NCBI RefSeq assembly: GCF_963921235.1
Contig: NC_086097.1
Location: 227,232,001 to 227,296,000, forward strand
Reading direction: 5' to 3'
Source: Mobula hypostoma
Lineage: Eukaryota
Length of the DNA stretch: 64,000 bases
In this document: positions 12,588 to 26,260 of the stretch, in pieces
Layout: each line of letters begins with the position of its first letter
How positions within the stretch are numbered: position 1 is the stretch's first letter
Notes under the pieces: model-generated
What the model was told of the DNA's origin: nothing
The model's input: only the letters and a program-made list of their open reading frames with translations
The model's database searches: none
Position numbers and translations under genes: made by a program

Positions 12588-14600
12588 CAACATCAAACAG
12601 TACAATAAACCCTGCAGCCCACAGTGTTGTGCCTAACCAAATAAATTTGTAATAAAATGGGCTACTAACCTAATCCCCTATGGCTGCACAATATCCATAT
12701 CCTTCCATTTTCCTCACATTCACGTGCCTATCTAAACGTCTCTTAAAAGTCTCTAATGTATCTACTTTTACCACCACTTCAGCCAGTGCATTCCAGTTAC
12801 CCACCACTCTCTATGTGACTTGCCCCTCACATATCCTTTGAAATTACCCATTCTTACCTTAACTGCATGATCTCTGGTATTAGGCATATCCACCCTGGGA
12901 TAAAAGAAACTGTCTGCCTACTCTATCTATGCCTCTTGTAATCTTATAAACCTCTATCAGATCTCTCCCCAGCCTCTGTTGCTCCAGAGAAAACAACCCA
13001 AGTTTGTCCTTTAATCCACGCAATATCATGGTAAATCTCTTCTGCATCCTCTCCAAACCTCACCATCCTTCCTATAATTCGGCAACCAGAACTGTGTGCA
13101 GTACTCCAGATGCAGCCTAGCTAAAGTTTTATAAAGCTGCCATATAACTCATGATTTTTGAATTCATTGCCTTAACTAATAAAGGCAGTGCCATATTAGT
13201 GTCATATGCCTCCTTAACCACCCTATAAACTTGTGTGGCCACTTTCAGGGATCTATGATCTTGTCCCCAAGATCCCTCAGCTCATCAACACTGTTAAGTA
13301 CCTTTGTCCTTAACATTGTACTTTCTCTTTACATTTGACCTATCATGGTGCAACACTTCATATCTGGCCAGTTTAAACTCCATCTGCTATTTCTCCACCC
13401 GTATCTGTAATGGATCTATATCCCGCTGTATCCTTTGACAGTTACCTATCTTATCCACAACACCACCAATCTTCATAACAGCTGCAAACTTTCTAACCTA
13501 CCTTTTCATCCTGGTGATTTGTATACAGCACAAACAGCAGATCCCTGTAGAACACCATTAATCACAGTCCCTTCGACCACCACCCTAGTCTTCTTTAGCA
13601 AGCCTCTTCTGAATCCAGATAGCCAATTCACCATGGATCCTATGCATCCTAATCTTCTGGATGAGCCTCACGTGTGGAATTTTGTCAAATGCCTTGCTAA
13701 CATCCACGTAGACAGCATCCGCAGCTCCACCTTCATCAATTACCCATGTCACCTCATCAAAAAACTCAATCAAGTTAGTAAGATATGACCTGACCCACAT
13801 AAAGCAACGCTGGCACTCCCTAATTAGGCCATGATTTTCCAAATGTTCATGAATCCTATCCCTAAGAATATTCTCCAGTAACTTCCCTACAACTGACATG
13901 GGACTCGCCAGTCTATGGTTCCCTGGTTCACTTCTTGAATAATGGAACAGCTTTATCTACTTGCCGGTCTTCTGGGACCACACCTGTGACTAGAAAGGAC
14001 ACAAAGATATTGGTCAAGGACCCAGCAGTCTCTTCACTTGCCTCTCACAATAACCTGGAGTCTGCCTCGTCAGGCTCTGAGGACTTGCCAGCTTAATACT
14101 CTTTAAGTGACCCAATACTACCTGCTGCTTTATCTCGAAATGGCCTGGAATAATAATACCCTCCACACAGATCTGCCTATAATCCACATCCTCCTTGGTA
14201 AATACTGATGTAAATTGCTCATTAAAAACCTCACCCAATCAGAATCAGAATCAGGTTTATTATCACTGGCATGTGATGTAAAATTTGTTAACTTAGCAGC
14301 AGCAGTTCAATGTAATACATGATGTGTTCCTTTGTCTTACCCTTCCTGAAGTCCACAGTCAGCTCTTTCATCTTACCGAGACGCACATGTTCCCCCTTCA
14401 TCTTTGAGTGGTCCCACCCACTCCCTAGTTATCCTCTTGTTCCTGAAGTATGCATAGAATACCTTGGGATTCCCTTTAATCTTACTTACCAAGGACTTTT
14501 CATGGCACCTCCTGGCTTTCCTAATTCCCTTCTTGAACTTTTGTCTGGCTTCTGTATAATCCTGAAGGGCTCTGTTTGATTGAAGCTTCCTAAGCTTTAC
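12588..14600 (-). mobile_element. Decayed CR1 LINE (3' UTR plus RT) with a short Rex/L2 tail inserted at about 14238-14320
   Basis: ORFs with SVVGKLLE, LTNLIEFF, SKAFDKIPH and NPKVFYAY motifs. Confidence 0.85.
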
Positions 14601-15359
14601 ATCCTTTAACTTTCGTATATCCCAAGCTATGGTTACCACAGCGTCAGTAATTGTGCTCCAGTATGCAAACATTGCTTGTGTTTCCATACATTCTGAGGCC
14701 GTCTTATTCACTAAGGCATTTGAGAAGACCTACGACCCAACACCCTAAGTCCAATGCACTCTACCAACTGGCCCTCCAATGCACCACACAGAAATCCAAT
14801 GATAAAGGTTCACAGTGTGACACTGGAAAATGTGGACCACTTCCAGTAATGAGGGAGTAATTTCTCATGATGAAAGTCTTTAGTTTCTTCAGTTTGCCAG
14901 TACAGCCTTTGGTCAATTGAGGGAATGGGTATTTGAAGTTTAGGATCTTAGACCCTATGTAACACTCGTGGTCTAGCAAACAACAGTGATCACTGTCTTC
15001 TACTGTATATGCTCCTGAGACATTGACTACCTAGATCATGCAACTTCAACAAATTCAAAATTATGATCCGCACTCCATAAATCTTCCAGATTAACCCGAC
15101 CAATGTCAGATTCAGATTTATTTAATCACATTGCATTGAACCATATGATAAATAGATCTGTAACAGTGCCCCTTACCAGGCCAAATCACTAACCACACTT
15201 AGTTGGCTATATTAGACAGGCCATGCTGTTCACATGTCCAATACTAGAATCTCTAAGTGAATGTTTTCTTTTGTGCTCCCCACCATCTGTGGGAATCTCT
15301 GGCCCATGGCCATTCAAAGTGGAGAAGAAACAAACAGAACGGTATTGAGAACCCATATC

Positions 15360-15670
15360 TAAACATTGGTATTACTTTAGTATTGTCACATGTATCAAGG
15401 AACAGTGAAAACCCTTGTCTTGCATACTGTTACCATTACATTGTGCATTAAAGTAGAATCAAGTAAAACAGTAACAATGTAGAATAAATTGTCAAATCTC
15501 CCGAAAAAGTGCAGTGCAGGTAAGTGATAAAGTGCAACATCCTAACGAAGCAGCTTGTAAGGCCAAGAGTTCAATTTATTGTATAAGAGGTCTGTTCAAG
15601 AGTCTGAAAACAGTGGGATAAAACTTATCCTTGAGCCTGGTGGTACATGCTTTCAGGCATTTGTATTTTC
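15360..15670 (-). mobile_element. Rex/L2-like LINE 3' end fragment
   Basis: tattgtcacatgt...cagtgaaa...ccttgagcctggtggtac pattern shared with other LINE tails in the window. Confidence 0.4.
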
Positions 15671-16014
15671 TATTTAACTACTTCATGTTCTGCAAAACCA
15701 GAGTGGAAGCAATTTATTCTTTATTATGAGGGACTGCCAAAATGAAGGTCCCTAATTTGAGTTTATTAGATATCACTTATTGATTTAAAGCAATTTCTTA
15801 GTGTTCTCTGTTGGTTTCTACGGTTGACACATAAAAATTAGAAAATATGCATTAGTCTCAACTGGAGACTGTTAAACATTTAGGGGAATACTACTCCATA
15901 AACACTTTACTCAGGAGGAGGATAACACATGTATGGTAGTTCAGCCTTTAGTCAAAGTATGTGGAAGATGTTACTTAGAGTAGCAAATGTAAGTGTGAAC
16001 CTCATGCAAAGATA

Positions 16015-16140
16015 GCTGGAGCACCTGGAGGAAACCCATGTGGTCATGGAAAGGACATACAAACTCCTTACAGACACCTCCGGGAATTGAATCTGGGTGC
16101 TTGATAATGTAAAGCATTGCGCAAACCACTACACTACTGT
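16015..16140 (-). mobile_element. V-SINE head fragment
   Basis: ggagcacctggaggaaaccca V-domain and tRNA B-box-like gggaattgaatc. Confidence 0.55.
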
Positions 16141-16650
16141 ATTTAGGACATTAGTGCCACCACATCTGAAATGTACAGTATTGTTTTCTTTAAAAATATT
16201 AGTGTATTATAAACAGTTTGGGGAAGGTTACTGGACTAATTGAGGAATGGGTTGGTTGTCTTATGAGGAAATATTGAACAGGCTGGGTTTTACCCACTGA
16301 AATTAGAAAAGTGGGAAGAAATGAAGGAAGTATATAGAATGCTGGAGAGCCTTGATAAAATTTGGAGAAAAAAATATTGTAGAACATGCCAGAACTGAAG
16401 ACTGCCTTTAAGTTGTCCATTTAAGACAGATTAGGCATTTTTTTCTCTCAGAGGAACGTGCATCTTTGGCACTCTTCCCCTCAAAATATTGATGGAATTG
16501 ACTTTGAATATTATTAAGACAAAGTTGAAAAATTATTAATGAGCAAGGGAATTAAAAGTTCCCCTGTTGGGAATATATAGTTAAGATTACAATCAATTTA
16601 ACCATGATCTTGTTAAAGCACAGTGGGTGATTTAGGGCCGAGTGGCCTAA
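16140..16650 (+). mobile_element. Old CR1 3' end
   Basis: Decayed LVRPHLE/YEE region and ...gggccgagtggcct 3' UTR motif. Confidence 0.45.
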
Positions 16651-17449
16651 TCGTTTGGATATGACTTTTTATCTTTTATGACTTAATCCAGGACCTTGTG
16701 TGTTTGGTTTCATCTGAGTGAAATATGATTCAACTGTTTGTAATACGCCATTATCCAGTGAGCTACAAGGACCAGCATTTATGCTTTTAACTGTCCCTCC
16801 AAACATAAATTCACTACACATTTATTCCCAATGCTATTTTTGGGACTTCGTTCTGCACCGATCAGCTTTACACATAACCAAAGTGACCAACTCAAAATTA
16901 ATTGATTAACTTTGATCCTTTAAAATGCTTTTGCCAGATATGAAAGGTGCTATATAAATGGATTTTCTTTTATTCTAACACTTGGTGCAATTGTCTTTTG
17001 AGCTTCACTGGATAGTTAATCAAGGGTACTTTTTGTTCATATATAACATTTTGCTTTTTTATATCACGCCGTTTGTAAGTTCAAGATCACAGTGTAATTT
17101 TGCATTTATAGAAGCTGAAGGACTTTCATGACATGCTCTATTCTATATTCTAAGCAACTTCTATAAAATTCAATCCATCCTTGAGCATTGTACAGAGGAC
17201 AGGCAATGCTTAGCATTTAAAATAATAATAGCTACTGTCAGTTTCAAAAAAGAATTCCTATAAGGCATAAGAACCCAACAGAAAAGTGATTCGTCCATAG
17301 CTGACAAAGGAATTTGAAGATTAAATCCAAGGGAGAGGGTTAAAAAGTTGCCAGAAGTAGTTTAAGGATTGTGAGTGATTTAGAACTCACTACAGGAGGA
17401 CCAAACAATTGGTAAATAAAGCCAACATGAGGCTAGACTGGGACAGAAG

Positions 17450-18085
17450 TAAGTGTAATGTAATAATTTCCATAAGTATGTAAAAATAAATAATAATGGA
17501 TCATGTATAACACCCTTACAAACAGCACTGGAGTACCTCTGATTGGAAACAGAAATAACAAACAAGTGAAACAATTAATTTGCATCTGTCTTTGCCAATG
17601 AAGGCACCAAAATCTGCCTGAAATATCAAGGAATCAAGGGCAAGAATAAGGAACTGAAGGGAATAAGTAATTGTATAAAAATATAAACTGAGAAGTTGGT
17701 GCGGTCCGGAAACCACAATCCCAGAGATCTAATGGTCTACCCTGCAGAGTTCAGAAGGAGATTGTCATAAAGTTAGTGCATATTCTGGTTATCATTTTCC
17801 AAAATTCTGTATATTCTGGAGTTATTCCTGTGGATTGAATGGTATCAAATGTAACCCATTATTTAAGAAAGAAGAAGATAGTGAATAAAAAAGGGATTAC
17901 AAACATGTAATAATGCTAAGGATGTAGTAACAAAATGAGTTGAAAAGATTACTATGACTGATCAGAGATGACATAGATTTATAAAAGGAAAATTATGTTT
18001 GAAGAATCTGTTGCAGTTCTTTAAGGATGTGATGAGCAGAAAAGAGAAGAGGAGAACCAATGTAAGAATTATATGTGGAATAGTC
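17450..18085 (+). mobile_element. Old CR1 ORF2 fragment
   Basis: Decayed match to the ANVTPLFKK region (aaatgtaacccattatttaagaaa). Confidence 0.45.
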
Positions 18086-18544
18086 TTCTTGCTTGACTAG
18101 TGTAACCACAACTAAACTGAACAAGCTTGACATAATGCACTGCTTACTAGCCTGTTTAGTCGATACTGCGTCCATCATCCTAAAATTTCACTTCTTCCAC
18201 TCTTAGCTCATTTCTGGTACATTTGTGGAACATTTGATGTGGTGTGTACATGGATGTAGCAAACATAAGCTCTTACAAGGCAGGCTAATTAGAAAATATC
18301 ATTCCAGGGGATCCAAAGGAAAGTGGAGAGATGAATGTAAAATTATTTCTGTGCTAGGAAGCAAAAGTTAAAATCAGTAAGAGCTTGAGTAATTGTGTGA
18401 CCCTTAAAAATTATTTATTTTTAAATAATGGGACTGTGCTCAGAGGTTCAAAAATTATTCAAAAATTGGCCATATGGATGATAATGAAGAAGAAATCTGA
18501 AGTTTTCAGCATGGTATCAATGGGCTGATCAAGTGGACAGAAAA

Positions 18545-18805
18545 GTGGGGTAGTATAGTGATTAGCGCAATGCTTTACCGTAGTACCAGCAACCTGGTAC
18601 TGCCTGTAAGGAGTTTGTACATTCTTCCGTGACCTAGTGGGTTTTGTCTGGGTGCTCCAGTTTCCTCCCACAGTCTAAAGATGTACAGGTTCGTAGGTTA
18701 ATTCGTCATTGTAAATTGTCCTGTGATTAGGCTAGGATTAAATCGGGGGATTGCTGGATGTCATGGCTCGAAGGGCTGAAAGGGTCTATTCCGCGCCGTG
18801 TCTTA
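18545..18805 (+). mobile_element. V-SINE (HE1-like)
   Basis: tRNA-like head, core gtgggttttgtctgggtgctccagtttcctcccaca, CR1-like tail. Confidence 0.7.
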
Positions 18806-19160
18806 ATAAGATCATAAGATATAGGAGCAGAAGTAGGTCATTTGGCCCATCAAATCTGCTCTGCCATTCAATCATGGACTGATCCATTTCTTCCAGTCAT
18901 TCCCACTCCCCTGCTTTCTCCCCATACCCTTTGATGCCCTGGCTATTCAAGAAACTATCTATCTCTGCCTTAAATGCACCAATGACTTGGCCTCCACAGC
19001 TGCTCGTGGCAACAAATTCCACAGATTTACCACCCTCTGACTAAAGTAATTTCTCTTCTTCTCAGTTCTAAATGGGCGTCCTTCAGTCCTGAAGTTGTGC
19101 CCTCGTGTCCTAGACTCCCCTACCTTGGGAAATAACTTTGCCATATCTAATCTGTTCAAT
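18806..19160 (-). mobile_element. CR1 3' end
   Basis: ORF 18959-19159 SRTRGH...FSQRVVNLWNLLP plus 3' UTR and short tandem tail. Confidence 0.85.
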
Positions 19161-19294
19161 AAGTAAGAAGTTTAAAAAGTGGCAAATGGAATTTAGTGTG
19201 GGGAAGAGTGACGTGATGGGTTTGGGGAGGACACATAAGGCAAAAGAATGCATAATGAATAGCAGGATGCTGAGAAGTGTAGAAGACCAGAAAT

Positions 19295-19440
19295 TAACTG
19301 CTAGCTTGTATTTCACTTCCCCTAAACTTCCGGTTTCTTCCCCCTTCTTTTCTAGTCTTGATGAAGGGTTTCAGTCTGAAATGATGACTGTTTATTACCC
19401 TCCATAGTTGCTGCCAGCATTTTATGTGTGTTGCTCAAGA
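19295..19440 (+). mobile_element. Penelope 3' repeat fragment with degenerate hammerhead motif
   Basis: agtc-ttgatga-agggtttcagtct-gaaa-tgat-gact followed by gtgtgttgct end, homologous to 20626-20730. Confidence 0.55.
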
Positions 19441-19769
19441 AAAATTGATGCATGTTTACAGGTTCCTGGAGGTTCTTGAATCAGACAGATAAGTAGGTTA
19501 AAATAGGCAGTTGTATATTTTCCTTAATTCTTTCTTTAGTTTTCCTCATGCTGTAAAAAAGGCTATTTAAGCCATGGCTGGAGAACTACATTCAGATTTA
19601 GTCATCATGTACAAACGTAATTGCATTAGATAGGGTTAAAAGGGATTTCTCACCATTGTTGCAAAGGACAGAAAATTTTAATTGTTAGTAAAGGATTGTC
19701 CCTGATATGGGGTTATGCTATACTTAGGAAAGATCTGTTGCCTTTAGCAGAGTGGTTCATAGTTAGAAT

Positions 19770-20290
19770 AGCAGAAAAGGTTTACAAGAATGCTGCCAGA
19801 ACTTGAGGAACTGAGTTATAAGGAGAGGTTGGACAGGCTAGGACTTAGTTTCTGAAAATGTAAGAAACTGCGAGGAGAGCTTGTAGAGCAGCATAGACAA
19901 GGTGAATATACTCAGTCTTTTCCTCAGAATTGGCATATCAAGAACTAGAGGGCATAGGTTTAAAGCGAGAGGGGAAAGATTTAAGAAGAATTTGACGGTG
20001 AAATTTTTTACACAAAGGATTATATCTATGTGGAATCAGCTGCCAGAAGAAGTGTTTGAGGCAGGTACAATAACAACTTTAAAAAGACAAATGGACAGGT
20101 ACATGGATGGAAAAGGTTTAAAAGGCTTTGGGCCAAATGCTGACAAATGGATTTAAAGATTAACAAGTAGCTTTATTTGTCATCTGAAATGTATCATTTA
20201 TGTTAGGACTAACTTGGATGGAGCATCTTGGTTGGCATAAACTAGTTGGACTAAAGAGCCTATTTCTGTGCTGTATGACTTTATGACTCT
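19770..20290 (+). mobile_element. CR1 3' end
   Basis: ORF 19902-20156 SRTRGHRFK...FFTQRIISMWNQLP and tail tgctgtatgactttatgactct. Confidence 0.8.
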
Positions 20291-20428
20291 AACTTAGGTG
20301 CATAAATTAAATATATTTAATAAATGAATGAGGGAGCGGCCGATTAATTTTTCATCATTAACTGAGGGAGTCTAGAATTTTCCATCTTAAAAGGTGGTTG
20401 AGACAGAAAATACCAAAGAGCACTTAGA

Positions 20429-20508
20429 TCAGAAGTTCCCAACTTTTTAGTGCCACGAACCCCAAACATTAACCGAGAGGTTCATGAATCCCAGGTTGGG
20501 AACCCTCG
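20429..20508. mobile_element. Short hAT-like MITE
   Basis: Imperfect terminal inverted repeats (gttcccaac / gttgggaac). Confidence 0.45.
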
Positions 20509-20625
20509 ACGTAGAGGATACGTGATGTAGTGTAACCTACAAAATCATACCAAAAAGTAGGATAGAGTCATTTTGATACTGCACAGAAACAGGCTCTTCA
20601 GCTCACCAACAATGTATCAACTATC

Positions 20626-21290
20626 AAGCAACACACATCAAAGTTGCTGGTGAAAGCAGCAGGCTAAGCAGCATCTGTAGGAAGAAGTGCAGTCGACGTT
20701 TCAGGCCGAGACCCTTCGTCAGGACTAACTGAAGGAAGAGTGAGTAAGGGATTTGAAAGTTGGAGGGGGAAGGGGAGATCCAAAATGATAGGAGAAGACA
20801 GGAGGGGGAGGGATGGAGCCAAGAGCTGGACAGGTGATTGGCAAAAGGGGATACGAGAGGATCATACGAGAGGTCCGGGAAGAAAGACAAAGGGGGGGGG
20901 ACCCAGAGGATGGGCAAGAGGTATATTCAGAGGGACAGAGGGAGAAAAAGGAGAGTGAGAGAAAGAATGTGTGCATAAAAATAAGTAACAGATGGGGTAC
21001 GAGGGGGAGGTGGGGCCTTAGCGGAAGTTAGAGAAGTCGATGTTCATGCCATCAATTTGGAGGCTACCCAGACGGAATATAAGGTGTTGTTCCTCCAACC
21101 TGAGTGTGGCTTCATCTTTACAGTAGAGGAGGCCGTGGATAGACATGTCAGAATGGGAATGGGATGTGGAATTAAAATGTGTGGCCACTGGGAGATCCTG
21201 CTTTCTCTGGCGGACAGAGCGTAAATGTTCAGCAAAGCGGTCTCCCAGTCTGCGTCGGGTCTCGCCAATATATACAAGGTCACATCGGGA
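20626..21290 (-). mobile_element. Penelope-like element 3' part: GIY-YIG endonuclease plus pseudo-LTR
   Basis: ORF 21018-21320 YIGETRRRLGDRFAEHLRSV...VATHFN...RLEEQHLIFRLGSL...GMN. Confidence 0.9.
20690..20727 (-). ncRNA. Minimal type I hammerhead ribozyme motif in Penelope pseudo-LTR
   Basis: Minus strand reads UAGUC-CUGACGA-AGG-GUCUCGG-CCU-GAAA-C-GUC-GACUG: stem I, conserved core, stem II, GAAA and GUC cleavage triplet. Confidence 0.8.
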
Positions 21291-21747
21291 CACTTTCACA
21301 GTAATCCTACTGTGACTCATTTCATTTTCCTTACCTTTCTCATATGACCCCTTGGATTCTACTAGTCATCCATATGCTTGGGGGAATTTGTGGTGAACAA
21401 ATAACCCATTATCCTGTACACCTTTGTGGGAGGAAACTGGAGCAATGAGGTGGCATCTCTACCAGGTGTGCTACTGTGGCTGTGGATAAATTTGGTTGAA
21501 TTTAAACGGTCTCTTTTGTTCAAGGCAATTGAGGACAATGAATGCTGCCATTAACAACTAATCTGCAATTTGTGAATGAATAAATAAAAAAAACTAGCTT
21601 TCCTTTGACAGTCCAGATATGATGGGTGAAATGGCATCCTTCTTAACAATGAATTTCAATGATCGTGTATGTCATCTACAAAATGCACAATAGCAACTTT
21701 TTTAAGCTTCCTTGGAAAACCAACGATCTCTAATACATGGAACAATA

Positions 21748-22705
21748 TGCAATAGATGGCTTTGTTGCTAAGTTTGCTGATGGTACAAAGGTAGTTGGAG
21801 GGGTCAGTAGTGCTGAAGAAACAGAGAGTCTGCAGAGAGACTTGGATAGATTAGAAGAATGAGCAAAGAAGTGGCAAATGAAATACAATGTTAGAAAGTG
21901 TATGGTTATACACGGGCAGAAGAAATAAACGGGCAGACTGTTATTTAAATGAGGAGAGAATTCGAAGTTCTGAGATGCAGCGGGACTTAGGAGTCCTCGT
22001 ACAGGATATCCTTAAGGTTAACCTCCAGGTTGAGTCGGTGGTGAAGAAGGCGAATACAATGTTGGCATTCATTTCTAGAGGAATAGAGTATAGGAGCAGG
22101 GATGTGATGTTGAGGCTCTATAAGGCACTGGTAAGACCTCACTTGGAGTACTGTGGGCAGTTTTGGTCTCCTTATTTAAGAAAGGATGTGCTGACATTGG
22201 AGAGGGTACAGAGAAGAATCACTAGAATGATTCTGGGAATGAGAGAGTTAACATATGAGGAACGTTTGTCCGCTCTTGGACTGTATTCCTTGGAGTTTAG
22301 AAAAATGAGGGGAGACCTCATAGAAACATTTCGAATGTTGAAAGGCATGGACAGAGTGGATGTGGCAAAGTTGTTTCCCATGATGGAGGAGGCTAGTACG
22401 AGAGGGCATGACTTCAGGATTGAAGGGCGCCTATTTGGAATGGAGATGCGAAGAAATTTTTTTAGCCAGAGAGTGGTAAATCTTTGGAGTTTGTTGCCAC
22501 GGGCGGCAGTGGAGGCCAAGTCATTGGGTGTATTTAAGGCAGAGATTGATAGGTATCTGAATAGCCAGGGCATCAAAGGTTATGGTGAGAAGACGAGGGA
22601 GTGGGACTAAATGGGAGAATGGATCAGCTCATGATAAAATGGTGGAGCAGACTCGATGGGCCAAATGGCCGACTCTGCTCCTTTGTCTTATGTCTTATGG
22701 TCTAA
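21748..22705 (+). mobile_element. CR1 LINE 3' fragment (young subfamily)
   Basis: 240-aa ORF 21888-22610 (RDLGV, LVRPHLEYC, TRGH, FFSQRVV) and tcttatgg-like tail. Confidence 0.92.
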
Positions 22706-22830
22706 TGAAAGCAGCAATTGCAAGAACCATCAGCAAGATGGCCTGCAGGTCATAAACATATCCTGAATTGAAATTATATCTGTAAGCCACTGTGTCAAGA
22801 TTCTGCAGACACCCTCTTTACAGCATTCTA

Positions 22831-24306
22831 TCTTTCTTTTTAAATCTTTTTATTGAATAAGTATACAAAAAGGTAAGCCATATAAACATTAATACAATGT
22901 TAAAATATAATAAAATTCCAGAAGGTATCAATACCAAAAAAAATACTACAAACAATGTAATTTAAACATAAGAAACCAAGATAACATAATAGTATACTAA
23001 ATTTTATATATATCAATGGAAAAAAAAGAAAAAAAAAACCCCCAAAAAAAACCCACCGTGCAACTAACTAAAAGCAAAGCAAAGCAATGGGCTAACTTGA
23101 AACCAAACAGAGTTAAACTTAAAATCACGTCCTCAATCCCGACCTCCATTAAAAACAGTGAAAAAAAAACAAGAAGGGTGTATATTACATTAAATGAAAA
23201 TATCGAATAAAAGGTCCCCAAATCTGTTCAAATTTAAATGAAGAATCATAAAGGTTACTTCTAATTTTCTCCAGATTCAAACATAAAATCGTCTGAGAGA
23301 ACCAAAAAAAGGTAGTTGGAGCATTAAGCTCTTTCCAATGTTGTAAAATACATCTTTTCGCCATTAAAGTAAGAAATGCAATCATTCTACGGGCTGAAGG
23401 GGAAAGATTACTAGAAATTTTAGGTAGTCCAAAGATAGCAGTAATAGGGTGAGGAGAGATATCTATATTTAATACCTTAGAAATAATATTAAAAATATCT
23501 CTCCAAAAAGTTTCCAAAGTAGGGCAAGACCAAAACATATGAGTTAAAGAGGCTATCTGCCCCGAACATCTATCACAAAAAGGATTAATATGCGAGTAAA
23601 AACGCGCTAATTTATCTTTGGACATATGTGCTCTATGAACCACTTTAAATTGAATTAGGGAATGTTTAGCACAAATAGAGGAAGTATTAACTAATTGTAA
23701 AATCTGCCCCCAATCATCCACAGAAATGGTAAGCCCCAATTCCTGTTCCCAATCTACCCTAATCTTATCAAATGGAGCTTTCCTAAGTTTCATAATAATA
23801 TTATAAATCATAGCCGATGCACCTTTCTGACATGGATTGAGGTTAATTATCGAATCTAAAATATATGTAGGAGGAAGCATTGGAAAGGAAGAAAGTATAG
23901 TACTTAGGAAATTTCTAACTTGTAAATATCTAAAAAAATGTATTCTTGATAAGTTATATTTATTAGATAATTATTCAAAAGACATAAGGGAACCATCTAA
24001 AAATAAATCCAAAAACCGTAAAATACCCTTAGTCTTCCAAGTTTGAAAAGCGCGATCCGTAAAAGAGGGAGGAAAAAATATGTTACCTAAAATAGGAATC
24101 GCTAACCCGAATTGATTAAGATCAAAAAATTTTCTGAATTGAAACCAAATGCGCAAAGCATATTTAACTATCGGGTTAGAGACCTGCTTAAGGCGTTTCG
24201 AATCAAAAGGGAGAGAGGAGCCTAAAATAGAGCCAAGTGTATAACCCTGAACAGATTGTAGTTCCAATGCTACCCATTTAGGAATAGATAGTATGTCCTG
24301 ATCAAG
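22831..24306 (-). mobile_element. L1-clade LINE, 5'-truncated, with 12-bp TSD
   Basis: ORF2 C-terminus with CDRC...HMFWSC knuckle; AATAAA and A-rich tail; TSD tacagcattcta at 22819-22830 and 24307-24318. Confidence 0.88.
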
Positions 24307-26260
24307 TACAGCATTCTAGACGGACTTTTATTGTTAGCAGGTTAAGGAGCTCCCTTGTATCCATCTCCAAGGTACTTAAGAATGATCACAGAGACTTGAG
24401 GGATAGAGAAAGACCACCACATATGTTCATGCCAGTCGGTAAAGGATATTTGGGTATTCCCTTATTTAATTGTGGCACATCGTATACTTATTAAGAAACT
24501 TCTTAAATTGATCTAACATTACGGACATGCTGTGTTGGTGCCAAAATGTGTGGTGACACCTGAGGGCTGTTTGCAGCCCATCCTTGGTTGTGTTGGTTGT
24601 TAACACAAATGACACATTTCACTGTAAGTTTCTATATACATGTGCTAAGTAAATCTGAATCTAATTTCTGTCTGCACCAACTTTCAGCAGACTCTGACTC
24701 TATCATTCTTCAGTGGAAAACAGATTTTTGATTTCCTCGTTAAATGAAATCAGTCCTCCTATTTCATTGTGTCCAAAGCTCTTATGATTTTTATATAACC
24801 CTATTTAAACCTAGTCTCTTTCAATCCAGAGAAAGCAGCCCATTTTCGAACAACTAGGAAGATTGAGGTGTCCTCCTCAGCAGTGGTTCAGTGGAGTTGA
24901 GCTGGTTTTCAGCTCTCAGGATAATATTATTTGTGATCATAATGTCTTGTGACTGAAATTATCCAACTTTGTTACTAATGCTATCACACCCTTAAATTTG
25001 GTGACCAGAACTATACTGTGTAACTCAATTATGGTCTAATTAGTGAAAATTTAAAAAAAGGTGTAGACTGGACTGCCCAAGAAAAAGAATTGACCAATAA
25101 CTTGCTGACTGATGTTCAATTTGGGGTTTGCAAGAACGACTCACCTCCAGACCCTATTATACCTCTGATTCAATGTAGATCAAAAGAGGTAATTTTCAGA
25201 GGTGAAATAAGAATGATGATCCTTGGAATCAAGGTACCATTTGACTGAGTAGAATCCAAAAATAAAGTGAGTGAAATCAAGAGGGAAACTCTCCAGTGGT
25301 TAATCACATTTTCTAGCACTTGGTTTGTCATGGCATTTTAAGTCCTTATCTAAGTACTTAAATATTGTAAGAGCGCTTGCCTCGGCCAACCCCTCAGTAT
25401 GTGAGTTCCAGTTTTCTCAAGCATCCTCCAAAATCTCTCACTGCTTACCTGTAACCTATACATTCTTGGCTAGTTGCCCGACTGGTGACAGCAAATTTGC
25501 TAACAGGGTTGTAGAATGGCAGTGCGACCATCATAAATAGTAACACCCTTGGAGAGGAGAGTCAGTTCTCTCTCCTCTGAGCCACTGGCCCTATCTTAGA
25601 GGGACACCTCAATCATCTTAATATCTGTAGGACAATAGGCTGCTGGAAAACTATGGGATCCTCAAAGCCTCTTTAAACATTGTACCAGTCCACCCCAGTT
25701 TACAAATGCCCAACTTACATACACTGCTACACATGAACCAGCATTTGGGAAACCAGTGGATGGATTTTCTGACTGCTGCAAGGCCACATGCACCTTCTAC
25801 TGTATGGTCCATGGCTGTCAATTTTTAAGGTTGCAAACAGTTCCCAAGAATGGAACCCTCTCATAACCTGAAGAGGACATGTATCCGGAAGCATTACAAC
25901 AGTAAATAAAAGTTCAGGCTTGTGTAACATAAGTTTCATATTCTAGTTGTTGACCTCCTCTTTCATGGTTAAAATGCCTCCATCGATGCAGCCTTCAGTC
26001 ATATCCATATGCAGCAGAAATAGGGGCTCCTAATGTGGATGGGGTGAGGATATTCCACCTGTTCCTGGGCATAAATCACTGGTAAAATCAGGAGGATTTT
26101 TATTTATGTCTATACTAGTTTCAAAATCGATACTACAGTTCTCTGGATTCATCTTTGATTTGACTTATAAGGAAGTACAATGATGAATATTTAAGCATTC
26201 TCGCCTTCAGATGGCAGGGACAAAATGTAAGTCATGGAAATTCCTTCTTCTAATAAACAG

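Noticed and set aside
25684..25883. Possible Tigger-type MITE
   Set aside because: Terminal repeats too degenerate to support a call.
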